Shown here one piece after another: positions 39,625-52,288 of a stretch of 64,000 nt of DNA. The stretch's first letter is position 1. Each line of letters begins with the position of its first letter. Position numbers and translations under genes: made by a program. Location: NCBI GenBank assembly GCA_030390025.1, contig CM059432.1, forward strand, positions 94,180,001-94,244,000. The letters are read 5' to 3'. Source of the DNA: Squalus acanthias (Eukaryota). Below the pieces are notes generated by a model, which had not been told where the DNA came from, did no database searches, and saw nothing but the letters and a program-made list of their open reading frames with translations.

Positions 39625-42030
39625 ATCATGCTAACAGGGGTATACTACAGACCTCCTAATAGTGGAAAGGATGTGGAGGAAGAAATATATAAGCAAATAT
39701 GTGAAATGAGTAAAAGACATAGAATAATAATCATGGAAGAATTTAATTACCCCCAAATAAACTGGCAAGAAGAGGTAGCGAAAGGGGTACAGGTAATGGT
39801 CTTTTTACAATGTGTGTGAGACTCCTTTCTTACCCAGTATGTAAAAAGCTCAACAAGAGAGAAAGCACTGCTGGATCTAGTAATGGGAAATGAACCAGAT
39901 CAGATAAGAGAAGTAAGCATAGGGGAACATCAAGGTAACATACTGTAATAAGGTTTATGGAAAAATTGAAAAGGACATAAGTAAGACAAAGACCAAAGTA
40001 ATAAATTGGAAAAAGCTGATTTTATGGGGATGAGAATGGAACTAATGAAAATAAACTGGAAAAATTTACTGACAAACAAACATTTAAAACAGTGATCAAT
40101 AGAGTCCAGGAGAAATATATCTCACTAAAAAGCAAGAACAAACTAGCCAGTAATGACATACCATGGATGAATAAAGAAATAAGGGCAAAATTGAAACTAA
40201 AGAAAATAGGCATACAGTAACTACACAGACAACACTAGAGAGGATGACAAAAGGGAATAAGAAAAGGTTAGGAAAGAAGTAAAAAAAAACAATTAGGAAG
40301 GCAAAGAGAAACTATAACATTAAATTATCAAGGAATATAAAAATAGTAAAGTATTTTACAGACACATAAATAACAAAAGAAAAGTCAGGATGGGGACAGG
40401 GCCACTAAGGGATACACATGATAAACTCACAGGTAATGACAGCGAAAAGACAGAAATATTAAATCATTACTTTGCCTCGATATTTACCAGGGAGACTATC
40501 ATGGTGGACATGACATGAGAAGAGATCAAAAAAGATATCGATATTTATGATAGAAAGGGGGGAGATAATTGATAAACTAATCAAACATAGAGAGGTTAAA
40601 ACTCCTGGATTGCAACTGTGCATATTAAAAGAAGTTAGGGCAGAGATAGCAGAGGCGCTATTACATATCTATAAAAATTCATTAGAAAAGGGAATAATGC
40701 CAGAGGACTGGTGGACAGCTAATGTGATTCCTATATTTAAAAAGGGAGATAGAATAAGTCCAGGGAACTATAGACCAATTAGCTTAACATTGGTGATAGG
40801 AAAGATAATGGAATCCTTACTTAAAGATGTAATAGAAAAACAAGTAGAAACTGAAAATATAATAAAGAGTAGTCAGCACGGATTTCAAAAGGGAAGACCC
40901 TGTTTGGCCAACCTTATTGAATTCTTTGAAGAAGTAACAGAAAGGGTAGACAAGGGTAATGTAGTAGACGTAATATATTTGGATTTTCAATCGGCCTTCA
41001 ATAAGGTACTGAATAGAAGATGCATGACTAAGGTCAGAACATGTGGAGTCAGAGGACACGAAGCAGAATGGATAGCAAGCTGGCTACAAAACAGGAAACA
41101 GAGAATAGTGGTTAAAGGTAGTTACTCAGACTGGCAAAAGGTAGGAAGTGGTGTTCCACAAGGATCGGTGCTAGGACCACTGTTGTTCACCATTTACATA
41201 AATGATTTGAAATCGAGGATTGGAAGTACAATATAAAATTTGCGGACGACACCAAATTGTAAGGGGGGGGGGGGTAAGGTTATAGTTAATACAGAGGAGG
41301 ACTCTGACAAAATATGGGAAGACATTAATAAACTTGCAGAATGGGCTATAATTGGCAAATGAACTTCAATATAGCTAAATGTGAGGTGGGACATTTTAGT
41401 AGGAAGAATAAGGAGGCCACATACTCTTTGGAAAATAACTGTCTAAATAGGGTATAAGAGTAGAGGGATCTGGGGGTACAGATACACAAATCACTAAAAG
41501 TAGCAACACATGTTAATAAGGCCATTAAAAAAAGCAAACAAAGCACTGGGGTTCATTTCTAGAGGGATAGAATTGAAAATCAGAGAAGTTATGTTAAACT
41601 TGTATAGAATCTTGGTTAGACCATACTTTGGTACTGTGACAGTTCCGGTCTCCGTATTATAAAAGGATATACAAGCACTGGAGAAGGTCCAAAAAAGATT
41701 TACTAGAATGATACCAGAACTGAGAGGTTATACCTATCAGGAAAGATTTAACAGGCTTGGGCTCTTTTCTCTAGAAAAAAGACTGAGGGGTGACCTGATA
41801 GAGGTCTTTTAAGATTATGAAAGGGTTTGATTGGGTAAACGTAGAGAAGATGTTTCCACTTGCGGGGGAGACCAGAACTAGGGGCCATAAATTTATATAG
41901 TCACTATTAAATCCAATAGGGAATTCAGGAGAAACGTCTTTACTCAGAGAGTGGTTAGAATGTGGAACTCGCTACAACAAAGAGTAGTTGAGGCAACTAG
42001 CATAGATGCATTTAAGGTGAAGCTAGATAA
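39625..42030 (+). mobile_element. CR1 LINE ORF2 remnant (APE endonuclease end through RT), A-rich subfamily
   Basis: GVYYRPPN...[53 protein letters not shown]; many stops. Confidence 0.95.
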
Positions 42031-42230
42031 ACGCTTAGGGCCTTGGCAACTGAAGGCACGGTCGCCAATGGTGGAGTGATTAAAATCGTGGATGCTCAAG
42101 AGGCCAGAATTGGAGGAGCGCCGATTTCTCGGAGGGTTGTAGGGCTGGAGGAGATTAGAGATAGGAAAGTGCAAAGCCATGGTGGCATTTGAAAATAAGG
42201 ATGAGAATTTTAAAATCGAGGTGTTGCAGA
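42031..42230 (-). mobile_element. L2 LINE fragment
   Basis: Homologous to 24200-24410 (ttagggcc...gaaggcacgg...gatgagaattt). Confidence 0.75.
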
Positions 42231-43055
42231 ACAATTGAGATTTAATCAGCTTTTCTCATTCAATATTAATCCAGCACTGGCAAACCTGTTTCCATCATTA
42301 TTTTTCCCTGCCACCCTTAGTAAAACAGATTAAGGGTGCTTTCCAGGTTACATGTTCAAACACGCATCCAATTTGGCTGCATAGCAATCTTCACTTCTAT
42401 ATACAACACAAAAAAGGGACAGTCTAATATTTTTACAGACTAATAATAGCAAACCAAAAAAAGAAGCATAATAACACAAGTACAGAAACTTAAAAAAAAG
42501 TAACAATGTTACAACAAATGAGTTTAGTTCCACATGCTGTGGCGTTTTAGGCATTTTCTACATGATATTTCTAAAAGTTGAGCATTGGTTTTCATGAAGA
42601 AATAAATAACTTACTTGGGCAGAAAGTTCTTAAAAAACTTTTAATTTTGATCCAAGGTTTTACAAGAACCAGTTTCTCTTTCTGGTTAACTTCTACTTAT
42701 CCTGTTTCCCCATTTTATCTATCTTTGTATGCTTCTTACAAGATTCTCATTAGCAATTTTCTTTGGTTAAAGCAATGATAACATTAGAATTTTCAAAGTG
42801 GCTGATATAAATTGGTTCAGACGTGAAAATATTTGATCACATTGTTTAGAAAAAAAAATTAGGGTGCATTTTGAAATTTTCCAAAACCTACTTTCAAAAA
42901 AGGTGTGGTGCAAATTACAATATTTATTACCAATCTAAATTATTTTTGGTGAAATAAGTTATTTCTGTTTGCTTGCAATATTCTCACTATGCATACTGCA
43001 TATATATATATGAGGAAAATTGATATGTATGAATTGTTACTGTATGTAACAGATC

Positions 43056-43897
43056 GGGGTCGAATTTAACTTTTGGGCGACCGACTGGCATAACATGCTG
43101 GTCAGCCACCCATTCCGATGGTGAAGAAGGCCCCCCCATGATTTTGAAGTCCCAGCCTCATTTAAATTTGGCAGGCAATCTGCAGGGTGTCAAATAGGCG
43201 TCCCGGTGCAGCTCGCAGGATTGAGGCCTGGAGAACAAGCCGGAGCAGTCATCAGCAAGGAGAGGAGGGGGAGGGGGAGAGGAGAGGAGGGGGAGGAGGA
43301 AAGGAGGAGGAGGGGGGGGGGGAGGAGAGGAGGGGGAGGGAGGAGAGGAGGGGGAGGGAGGAGAGGAGGGGGAGGGAGGAGAGGAGGGGGAGGGGGAGAG
43401 GAGAGGAGGGGGAGGAGGGAGAGAGCGAGGGGGAGGAGGAGGAGGGAGAGAGCGAGGGGGAGGAGGAGGAGGGAGGAGAGGAGGGGGAGGAGGAGGAGGG
43501 GGAGGGGGTTAGGGTTGATCATGATTGCAGTGTGTGGGGGCCCCGGGGCAGCTTAACACCTGATTATTTAATGTTAGGAGGAGTGCTCAGAAAAGTAATT
43601 TGACACTTACCTTTGGCACACCTGTGGAACTGGTTAGAGCCTGCTCAAAGCAATCTCTGAGCAGTTCCAACCTAAAATGGCAATCAGGGTCCTATTTATA
43701 TCATAGGGCCCTGATTTCTATTATAAAAGGGGCCTGTTGCCTGAAACAGGCAAGCGCTGTGGACACCCAGCGGTAGGCTCCTTTCAAAATGGAGCTGGCC
43801 GCATCGCCGGTATTAACGAGGTGGAAAGGCTACCGACCCCATTTTGAGGTCATTACCACTCTGTTAATGTCAGACAAAGCCAGTGAAAATCAACCCC
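43056..43897. mobile_element. Non-autonomous Harbinger-type element containing a purine-only tract
   Basis: GGGGTCGAATTTAAC ... GTGAAAATCAACCCC match at 12/15; TSD ATC/ATC. Confidence 0.75.
43258..43508. repeat. G/A-rich low-complexity tandem tract
   Basis: ~250 nt almost entirely G and A, with 18-bp (gaggagaggagggggagg) and 27-bp sub-repeats. Confidence 0.95.
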
Positions 43898-44545
43898 ATC
43901 ATGTTTCAATTATAATGGCGCACATGCTTTACTTGAAATGGAGAAATGCTTTGCCTGTGATTTCTTGACTCAGCACAAGCCCTGTAACAGTTACTGGATC
44001 ATAATTTCATTAAATACTGTACAATGTAAAAATACAGCAACAGTGAGAATTCTGACAGAACACTCCAGAAATATTACCACATTTCAGTTACATTTTGTAT
44101 TTATTTCAATAAACTTTATTAAGATAGCTCTTTTTCGGCCGGCACAGGCACAATGGGTCGAATGGCCTCCTTCTATGCCATAAATTTCTATGACTCTACA
44201 AGAACTGTTCTCTTAAATGATTACTGAAATCATTTTAAAATCAAAGTAAATGGCCAGTAATAGTGCAACATTACTTTTTTGAGATGCAATCTGCACCTTC
44301 TTATGAGATAAATGCTATTTCACTCCTATCCTCCAACCCCAATCCCTGATCACAATTTGCTTTCATACTATTGCTGCTCTTGGCCAGCCTTTAGGATGTT
44401 CATAAGAGCAGTCCCCATGGAAACTCTCCATCTGGTGAGAGGTCTGACTTCCATTTGGCTCTTCTCTGTAGCTTGGCTAAGATTGGGAAACCAGTGGTAT
44501 TAGGAAAATTATATCTGAGTACCACCACCATACTACCCATTCCAA

Positions 44546-46306
44546 GGGCTGAATTTTGCCGGCGCTCAGAGGGCGGGTTCGGAGGCGGGTCCGCTGTCAA
44601 AAGTTAAAAGATTGGCAGTGGGGTGGTATCCCGCTCTAAACCCGGCTCCTTGTGAGTTTCCCTAGTGCCGGTTCTGCCTGCGCTTTGCAGGCACGGCACT
44701 AAACGGCAGGTCATGCGATTGTGCTTGTTAAGAGGGTGTTTAAAGCAATTTAATCACCATTTTACCAGGTACAAAGCATTTTTCCAAGTTTTCCACGAGG
44801 TTCCCGTCACTCGGGGATCACGCCAGGTAAGTATGTCGGGTTCTGAACAACTCTCCATTTCTTTCATTAGGTGACAGCTGCAAAAGTGGTATAAAACCTG
44901 CCATTTTACAGCTGGTCACTTTCCAATCTCAGAAGCTTCAGTCTTCAGTATTTGGAACCCACATTTGAGCTTTATGCACTTTTGAAGTGTTTGGAGTAAT
45001 CTCTCTATCCACTGTCACCTCCTTGGAACAATCTATCTCAACATTGACAGATTACTTCTGTCATCTCAACCTTACCTGCCATCTATTCCATCATCATCGG
45101 TGCCCTTTATACTCTCCCATCTTGGTCCTCAGAATCCCAACATGATCAGCCCCAACACCAGCATCACCGGGCACACCAACAGCACCAACATCCACACCAA
45201 CCTTCTCTGCAATCAACTGATGCTGCACTGGACACAGGGCATCATTACCCGTGCACATTGCTGCCCGGGATGCCAGCGATGGCCTCACCATGTCCAGATT
45301 TGCTTCACTTAACACTGTACACCTGGCTGCCACAGGATGCACCAGGTTGGCACCACCCCACAAAGCACCCCTACAATGTCCAAGCCATTCCTTTCACACT
45401 CATCACCATTTGGGGGTGGGGGAACGTTATGTCTCAACATTCACTGGAACTCACTAAGACACTTTCAAAGGTGCACACAAATCTGTCCAAAAAGGCAAAG
45501 TGGTGACAATAAGGATTTCAATGCTTGACAACACATTAACAGAAAGTTTACACGAACATTGGCTAAAACTCCCAAGTGCCTACCCTCGTGTGTTGTTAGT
45601 TGGTATGATTGGACTAGGATGAGGGTGAGTGTGAGGGGTGGCTAGTGAGATGGAGAAGTGATAATATAGATAGAGAGTTATGGGTGGAGGTGCAAGGTAA
45701 GTTGGTGTAAGGATGTTCAGGAGTAGGGTAGGGAAGGCAGAGTGATGGGGATATGAGTGGAACAGGAGGGTGAGGCTGAGTGTGGCTTTGCAGTAACGTT
45801 TCGTGATCTACTGAGATCATTGAAAGGTTTGCGCCACTGCAGCCTGGTCCTCCTGACGACATCCCTGCTTGTGTCTTCCTGTGCAATGTGCAACCAGGCT
45901 GCGTTGGTGTCCTGGGGAAGTGTCTTCCGCCCATTGGAAGGGAAGAGAACCTCCCTGCGTGCTGTGAGCATATGGAGGGAGTCATGGGAGAGCCTGGGTG
46001 CAGCCGTGCACCTTTGTGCAGTGCTTGTCAGTGTTTGCAGCACCTCAATGCTTCAGAAAACTGACAGCACAACTGTCAAAATCAATTTGGACATGGACCC
46101 TTTAAGGAAACCGGCTGACGACGCGTCATCAAATGACGTCATCAGTCCCGCTTCCTATTAATTGGCTGGGAACCTCGCAGGGCGGGCTTAATAAGCCCCA
46201 TCATCGGAATATCTTGTTGGAGGCCAGGATCGAGACAGATGCCAGGTCCCCACACGCCATGGACGTCGCTCGCCCCGGACCCGCCGAGGTTGGAAAAATC
46301 CAGCCC
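44546..46306. mobile_element. Harbinger element 4, internally deleted
   Basis: TIR GGGCTGAATTTT / AAAATCCAGCCC; TSD CAA/CAA. Myb exon 1 on - (45790-46030: APRLSHDSL...AWLHIAQE...RTRLQWRKPFNDL). Transposase N- and C-terminal remnants on + (45090-45310). Confidence 0.85.
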
Positions 46307-48279
46307 CAAGTGTCTAATGTCTAGATTAATGTCCTCCAGGGAAGAGAACCTGCCATCCTGGCCTACTTGTGACTTCATTCCCACAATACGTGAATGCCCT
46401 CAGAGTAATTAGGAATTGGTAAACGTTGCCTTGCCAGCATTGCCCACATCCCAAGAACAAATATTTTTAAAATTATTAGTTAAAATAAAATCATTAAGAT
46501 TTACATTTAGTTTGTTACTCGAGGGGGAATTTAAATTACTGGAACCTAAATGTGTATGCGGTATGACGGTTATCAAACTGCAACATTACAATGTACATAA
46601 GTATGGATGCTTAGATTCAAAAAAACTGAACTGTATTACTCTAACCAACTGATTCCCATCCGAAATAATGAATGAACCAGGTTTAAAAGATAATAAAGAA
46701 CACTGAATGTTACATACAATTACTGTTATCATCAGCATAATCTGAATTTTAGAGGCTATGCTTTTTAAATTCATGGGAAAATAAAATGTTATAACTGAAT
46801 TACGAATCAGTATCTCATTTTTGTGTTGGCAACAGATACATGTTGTCATTAATAAACATCTATTAATGCCAGTTATTAACAGTGCAAAATGTTTATTTTA
46901 AACTCAAATATACAAAACTCATATCTATATTAAGTGGCCTAGTAAAACCCTAATACTATATTTTTAACTTAAATGACAAAACACAAATAAATAGACTATT
47001 TTACAATAGCATCACATAATAAATTACAAACTAAGGTTCGCAAAGCAATTATCTGAAATGCAAAATAACCCTCTTCCAGTCACTTTTTCCCAGCACATTT
47101 TCAGCATTGCCTGGCTTTGTTACAGTTCAATAACTCAATTTCTTGTGAATAACTGAATGTGTACCTCATGTCTCTTAGAAATCGCAAACACTGTTCTGCT
47201 CTGCAACCTCCTTCCATCCAGTTCACATGAAACAGCTGTTTATTCTCCTTTCAGTCTCTCAAATTAAATTCCCTCTCGTCTTAGTGAAATCTAGAAATTT
47301 GCAGTTCTTGTTTCTCTGCAGCGCTTCATTTGCACTGACTGCCTATGGTCTGCTTGCTACTGCGGAGCTGCCACTTCCCCACTCATCTCCCACCCCCGAG
47401 ACCACAAGCGAGGGTGAGAACCCGCCCTCCTGTGCCCTTATCATCTTTGTAAAAAATAAGGAGCCACTGGAGACTCGAATTATTAAAACCACAAGCACAA
47501 CAACAGCAAAAATAATACTTCCTCTAGAATACATGGTAAATGCGATTCTTACAGATGTAATGCACTATAAGAAATAATTAATCTATTGGGAAAATTAATT
47601 ATTTTGTGAAATGCTTCACAATTTTTTGTTAACTATTCTATTTTCAACAATCTATCAACATTCTTTTCATAGCTGTCTCAATGAATGTTATGATCTTTCT
47701 ATCGTTGGCCTCTAATTATATTTATGATCTCTGTTTTATTTTTATCCTTTGTTTATCTTCTTCTTTAGTGACTACTGGTATTATTATTCCTGTCTTTTTA
47801 TGGCTATTCTGCTATTGTCCAACAGCTGTTTGTCTGTGTTTTCTCTCCATTCTCTATAATCTCATTAGCCTCTTTCTGTGATATTTTTATGATTTCTCTC
47901 TGGTCTCTGTATTGCTATTTCTCTACATTTTATTATCACTCACCACTACTGTCTCCTATATCCTTTTTTTCAAAAGATTAAAATCAGTACCACCAATAGT
48001 ATTTCCATAGAAACAATCTATTTTGCAGGAAACTGCTTTCTGTTTAAATGGAAACATATTCCATGTTAAAAGACACATGTGGAGATTTATCAGTAGAAAT
48101 AAAAATTATATTTCAGCTAGAATGACATCAAGCTGATGACATACCACATGCACCATTAGCCTTCATTTTCCAAGCATGTATACCTTCATGAAATGGCCAC
48201 TGTTTCCCAACATCAGATTTCCACCCACAATAATTCACTGGCAGTGTCTGTCTTCACTGTGCTGACTTCAGCTATAACC

Positions 48280-48393
48280 TGCTTACATTACAACTGTGAC
48301 TACACTTCAAAAAAAAGTACTTAATTGGCTGTAAAGTGCTTTGGAACGTTCGGTGGTTGTGAAAGGCACTATATAAATCCAACTCTTTCTTTC
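48280..48393 (+). mobile_element. Deu-SINE 3' fragment
   Basis: Matches 16745-16850. Confidence 0.7.
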
Positions 48394-49035
48394 TACTGCT
48401 TCTCCCCATACTGTAACCAAGGAACCTGTAGTCTTCACTGATTAACTTGGCTCCAATAGACAGCTGCTAACCATATCCCAAGTAAGCAATCAAGATCAAT
48501 TCTTGCTACATCACAGAAGTTGATAGTTATCTACTCTTCAGAGTACATCTTGAATACCCCCTCAGCAAGGATGAAAAATACAATTCACATATGCAGTTTG
48601 AGGGAGGTCATTTTTGAGTTGGGGCTTCAGAAGTTTTCAAATCACAAAGCTTTCTGTGATATATGCAAAACAAAAATATAAGTCAAAGAAATTTTGAAGG
48701 ACAGATGGTTGTCCACTAGAAATTTGGGCATAATTGGCTGAGCAAAAATTAGTTTGAAAGAGTATTAATCATAGGCAGTGAAAATAGCAATTTGAAGAGA
48801 CGAGGAGCTCAATAAGGAACAAAGCAGTGGTCAGGAAATAAGATAGGAGCAGTAGACTCAGGTAAGAATTTAGGCCTGGCAAAACAATGTGGTGGAAGCA
48901 GAAGCAGCATAGAAGCTCAGACAGAGTCAGAAGTTAACAAAAACATAGCATTTGATGGTGTGGCAGATCAGTGTATACAGGGGCCATTCCAATACCATTG
49001 GTACCTTGTGTAAATTGGTAAATACCTGGAGTAAA

Positions 49036-49657
49036 TTATAGAATCATAGAAGATAGGAGCAGGAGTAGGCCATTCGGCCCCTCTAGCCTGCTCCGCCATT
49101 CAATGCGATCATGGCTGATCATCCAAATTCAGTACCCTGTCCCTGCTTTCTCCCCATATCCCTTGATCCCTTTAGCCTTAAGAAATATATCCAACTCCTT
49201 CTTGAATCTATTTAATGAATTGGCCTCTACTGCCTTCTGTGGCAGAGAATTCCACAGGTTCACCACTCTCTGGGTGAAGAAATTCCTCCTCATTTCTGTC
49301 CTAAATGGCTTACCCCTTATCCTTAGACTGTGACCCCTGGTTCTGGACTCCCCGACCATCGGGAACATCCTTCCTGCATCTAGTTTGTCCTGTCCTGTCA
49401 GAATTTTATAAGTTTCAATGAGATCCCCTCTCATTCTTCTAAACTCCAGCGAGTATAAGCCCAATCAACCCAATCTCTTTTCATACGTCATTCCTGCCAT
49501 CCCAGGTATCAGCCTTGTGAATCTTCGCTGAACTCCTTCCATGGCAAGAACATCCTTCCTCAGATAAGGCGACCAAAACTGCACACAGTACTCAAGGTGT
49601 GGTCTCACCAAGGCCCTGTACAACTGCAGCAAGACATCCTTGTTCCTGTACTCAAAT
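49036..49657 (-). mobile_element. CR1 LINE 3' fragment
   Basis: RPHLEYCVQFWSP, RMRGDLIETYKI and family tail. Confidence 0.95.
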
Positions 49658-50368
49658 TCTGCATAAAACAAATGTTAAAGAAAAAGTTTACTCTACATTT
49701 ATTTCAGTGGTCATGCATTTTGTGTGCAAATTTACCCCATAAAATGTCTAATCCCTGTTCTCCTGTACCTATGATCCTAGCAGTCTCAGATTAAGGATTT
49801 ATTTGGTTCTAGGCACAGCTTGAAAGTGAACAATCCTTTCCCCAGTGGGGGCCCACGTTCCAATTTCATCTTCAGATCAACTCTCTGGACATATTTCAAT
49901 CTGTAAAGTAAACATTTTATGCCAGTTTCAAAGAAAAAACAAAGACACATAAAAGATGTTTTAAATAATCTCAGTTTATAATAAAACACACTTATCACTT
50001 TACAATGAAACTAATATTCAGAAAAATAAAATGATCAAAAAATAATTAAAGCAATAAACAATAGCACTTCAAAATAAAACACACAATATGTGAACATCTT
50101 AAAATAAATGCACAGTGCAATACAGGAGTTAACTCAGTGTAATATGTGAGGATTTATAAAACCCGAGCTCATGCTCTACCTTTGTGTGAAAGGGCACAGC
50201 CCTGCGCCGACGCATCTTGTTGTGTCGACGCTTTACTTCACTCTTGCAGTGAGACGCACGGAAAACCGGGCAACGCCTGGTAATTGTGTGTTTGTCTGTT
50301 CTCTCTGGTGACTGGGGCAGTCACCAGAGCAAGTGATTTTGATATATTTCTTTGGCACTGTTCAATAT

Positions 50369-50521
50369 GCCAACAGTTTTATTTGAAATCACAAGCTTTC
50401 GGAGCTATCGATTTGCTCCTTCCTCAGGTGAAGTCAGGAAGGAGCAAATCGATAGCTCCGAAAGCTTGTGATTTCAAATAAAACTGTTGGACTATAACCT
50501 GGTGTTGTGCGACCTCTCAAA
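50369..50521. mobile_element. 153-bp palindromic Penelope-type pLTR insertion (second family) with a hammerhead motif
   Basis: Perfect 55-bp inverted arms at 50370-50424 and 50436-50490, a ~31-nt tail, and a 12-bp TSD actgttcaatat (50357-50368, 50522-50533). Minus strand reads CAC-CTGAGGA-aGGAGC...GCTCC-GAAAGCTT-GTG. Confidence 0.75.
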
Positions 50522-50634
50522 ACTGTTCAATATCCCAGAGCAAGTCCTGCAAATTTCTACAACTAGTGTGATTCGTTGTCTGAGTTCGGCATATTTACAC
50601 CTGACCCACAGGTAATCAATGTGTTGGTTTCGGA

Positions 50635-51415
50635 GCAATAGGAGGCCATTCAGCCCCTTCGGGCCTGCTTCGCTGTTCAGTTGGATCATGGCTCGACGCT
50701 ATTTACCCGCCTTGGCTCTATGTCCCTTGATACCCTTAGCCAACAAGGGTCTATTGATCTCAGCCTTGAAAGCTTCAATTGGCCCCTGGCCTCCACAACC
50801 TTTTTTTGGGGAGGGGTGGAGTTCCAGATTTCCACTGCTCTTTATGTGAAGGGGAAACTTCCTGCATTTCAGTCTTGGGTGGCCTAGCTCCAATTTTGTG
50901 ATTGCACTCCCTTGTTCTGGATTTCCCCACCAGTGGAAATGTTTTTTCTGTATCTGCTCTATCAAATCCCTTTATCATTTTAAGCACCTTGATCAGATCA
51001 CCCCTCAACCTTCTAAACGCGAGGGAATATAAGTTTATGCAACCTGTTCTCATAATTTAACCATTTAAGCCCCGGTACCATTCTGGTGAATCTGTGCTGC
51101 ACCCCCTCCAAGGCCAATATATCCTTCCTGAGGTGCGGTGCCCAGAATTGAATGCAGTACTCTAGATGGGGTCTGACTAAGTACAATTGTACAACTGAAA
51201 CATCACTTCCTCACTTTTGTATTCTAGCCCCCTTGAGATAAAGACCAACATTTCATTAGCCTTTTTGATTACTTTTTGTACCTTTGCACTAGCTTCTAGT
51301 GATCTATGCACATGAACACCTAAATCCCTTTGTTCCTCCACAGCTCATAGTCTCTCAGCACTAAGAAAATATTCCTATTTGTCTTTCTTGGATCCAAGAG
51401 TGGATTATCTAACAC
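50635..51415 (-). mobile_element. CR1 LINE fragment (older subfamily)
   Basis: [16 protein letters not shown] and a diverged family tail. Confidence 0.85.
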
Positions 51416-51416
51416 C

Positions 51417-51792
51417 TTGAAACATATAAGATTCTGAGGGGGATTGACAGGGTAGATGCTGAGAAGTTGTTTCCCCTGAATGGAGAGTCTAGAACTAGGG
51501 GGTACAGTCTCAGATTGGGGGGTCGGCCATTTGAGACTGAGATGAGGAGGAATTTCTTCACTCAGAGGGTTGTGAATCTTTGGAATTCCCTACCCCGGAG
51601 GGCTGTGGATGCTGAATCGTTGAGTATATTCAGGGCTGAAATCGATAGATTTTTGGACTCATGGGGAATTGAGGGATGTGGAGATCGGGCGGGAGGGTGG
51701 AGTTGAGGTTGAAGATCAGCCATGAGATCTTGCTGAGTGGCGGGGCAGGCTCAAGGGGCCGTATGGCCTACTGCTGCTCCTAATTCTTATGT
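51417..51792 (+). mobile_element. CR1 LINE 3' fragment
   Basis: RNFFTQRVVNLWNSLP and tail. Confidence 0.9.
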
Positions 51793-51994
51793 TTCCCCCA
51801 CATTGATTTAAAAAAAAAATTAAAGCATTTGCAAAAACAAAGCCAATCATTTCCTGCTGGTTTCTTGATGCCTTGGGAGTAGTAGTGAATTCACACGAAG
51901 AAGCTGACAATCTACAAAGGAACCATCTCTAGAAATATTAATTCACCTCTAATTGATCTTGAGAAGGGCCTAATTACAGCAATTAGACTCAGTA

Positions 51995-52288
51995 GCCTTT
52001 AATTTAAGGTGATTGGGAAAAGAACCAGAAGCGACATGAGGAAAAACGTTTTTAAGCAATGAGTGGTTAGGCTTTGGAATGCATTGCCCGATAGGGTGGT
52101 GGATACAGATTCAATAGTAGCCTTCAAAAGGGAATTGGATAAATATCTGAAGGAGATAAAATTGCAGGGATATGGGGAAAGAGCAGGGGAGTGGGACTAA
52201 CTGGATTGCTCTTCGGAAGAACCAGTGCAGGCTCAATGGGCCGAATGGCCTCCTTCTGTGCTGTACTATTCTATGATTCTACGATTCT
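51995..52288 (+). mobile_element. CR1 LINE 3' fragment (ctatgatt-tail subfamily)
   Basis: gggccgaatggcctccttctgtgctgta...ttctatgattcta tail. Confidence 0.85.

Noticed and set aside
43187..43603. Glu/Gly/Arg-rich ORFs
   Set aside because: Translations of a G/A low-complexity tract inside a MITE
50635..51792. Back-to-back CR1 pieces as one twin-primed insertion
   Set aside because: The two pieces cover overlapping LINE regions and belong to differently diverged subfamilies, so they are independent insertions
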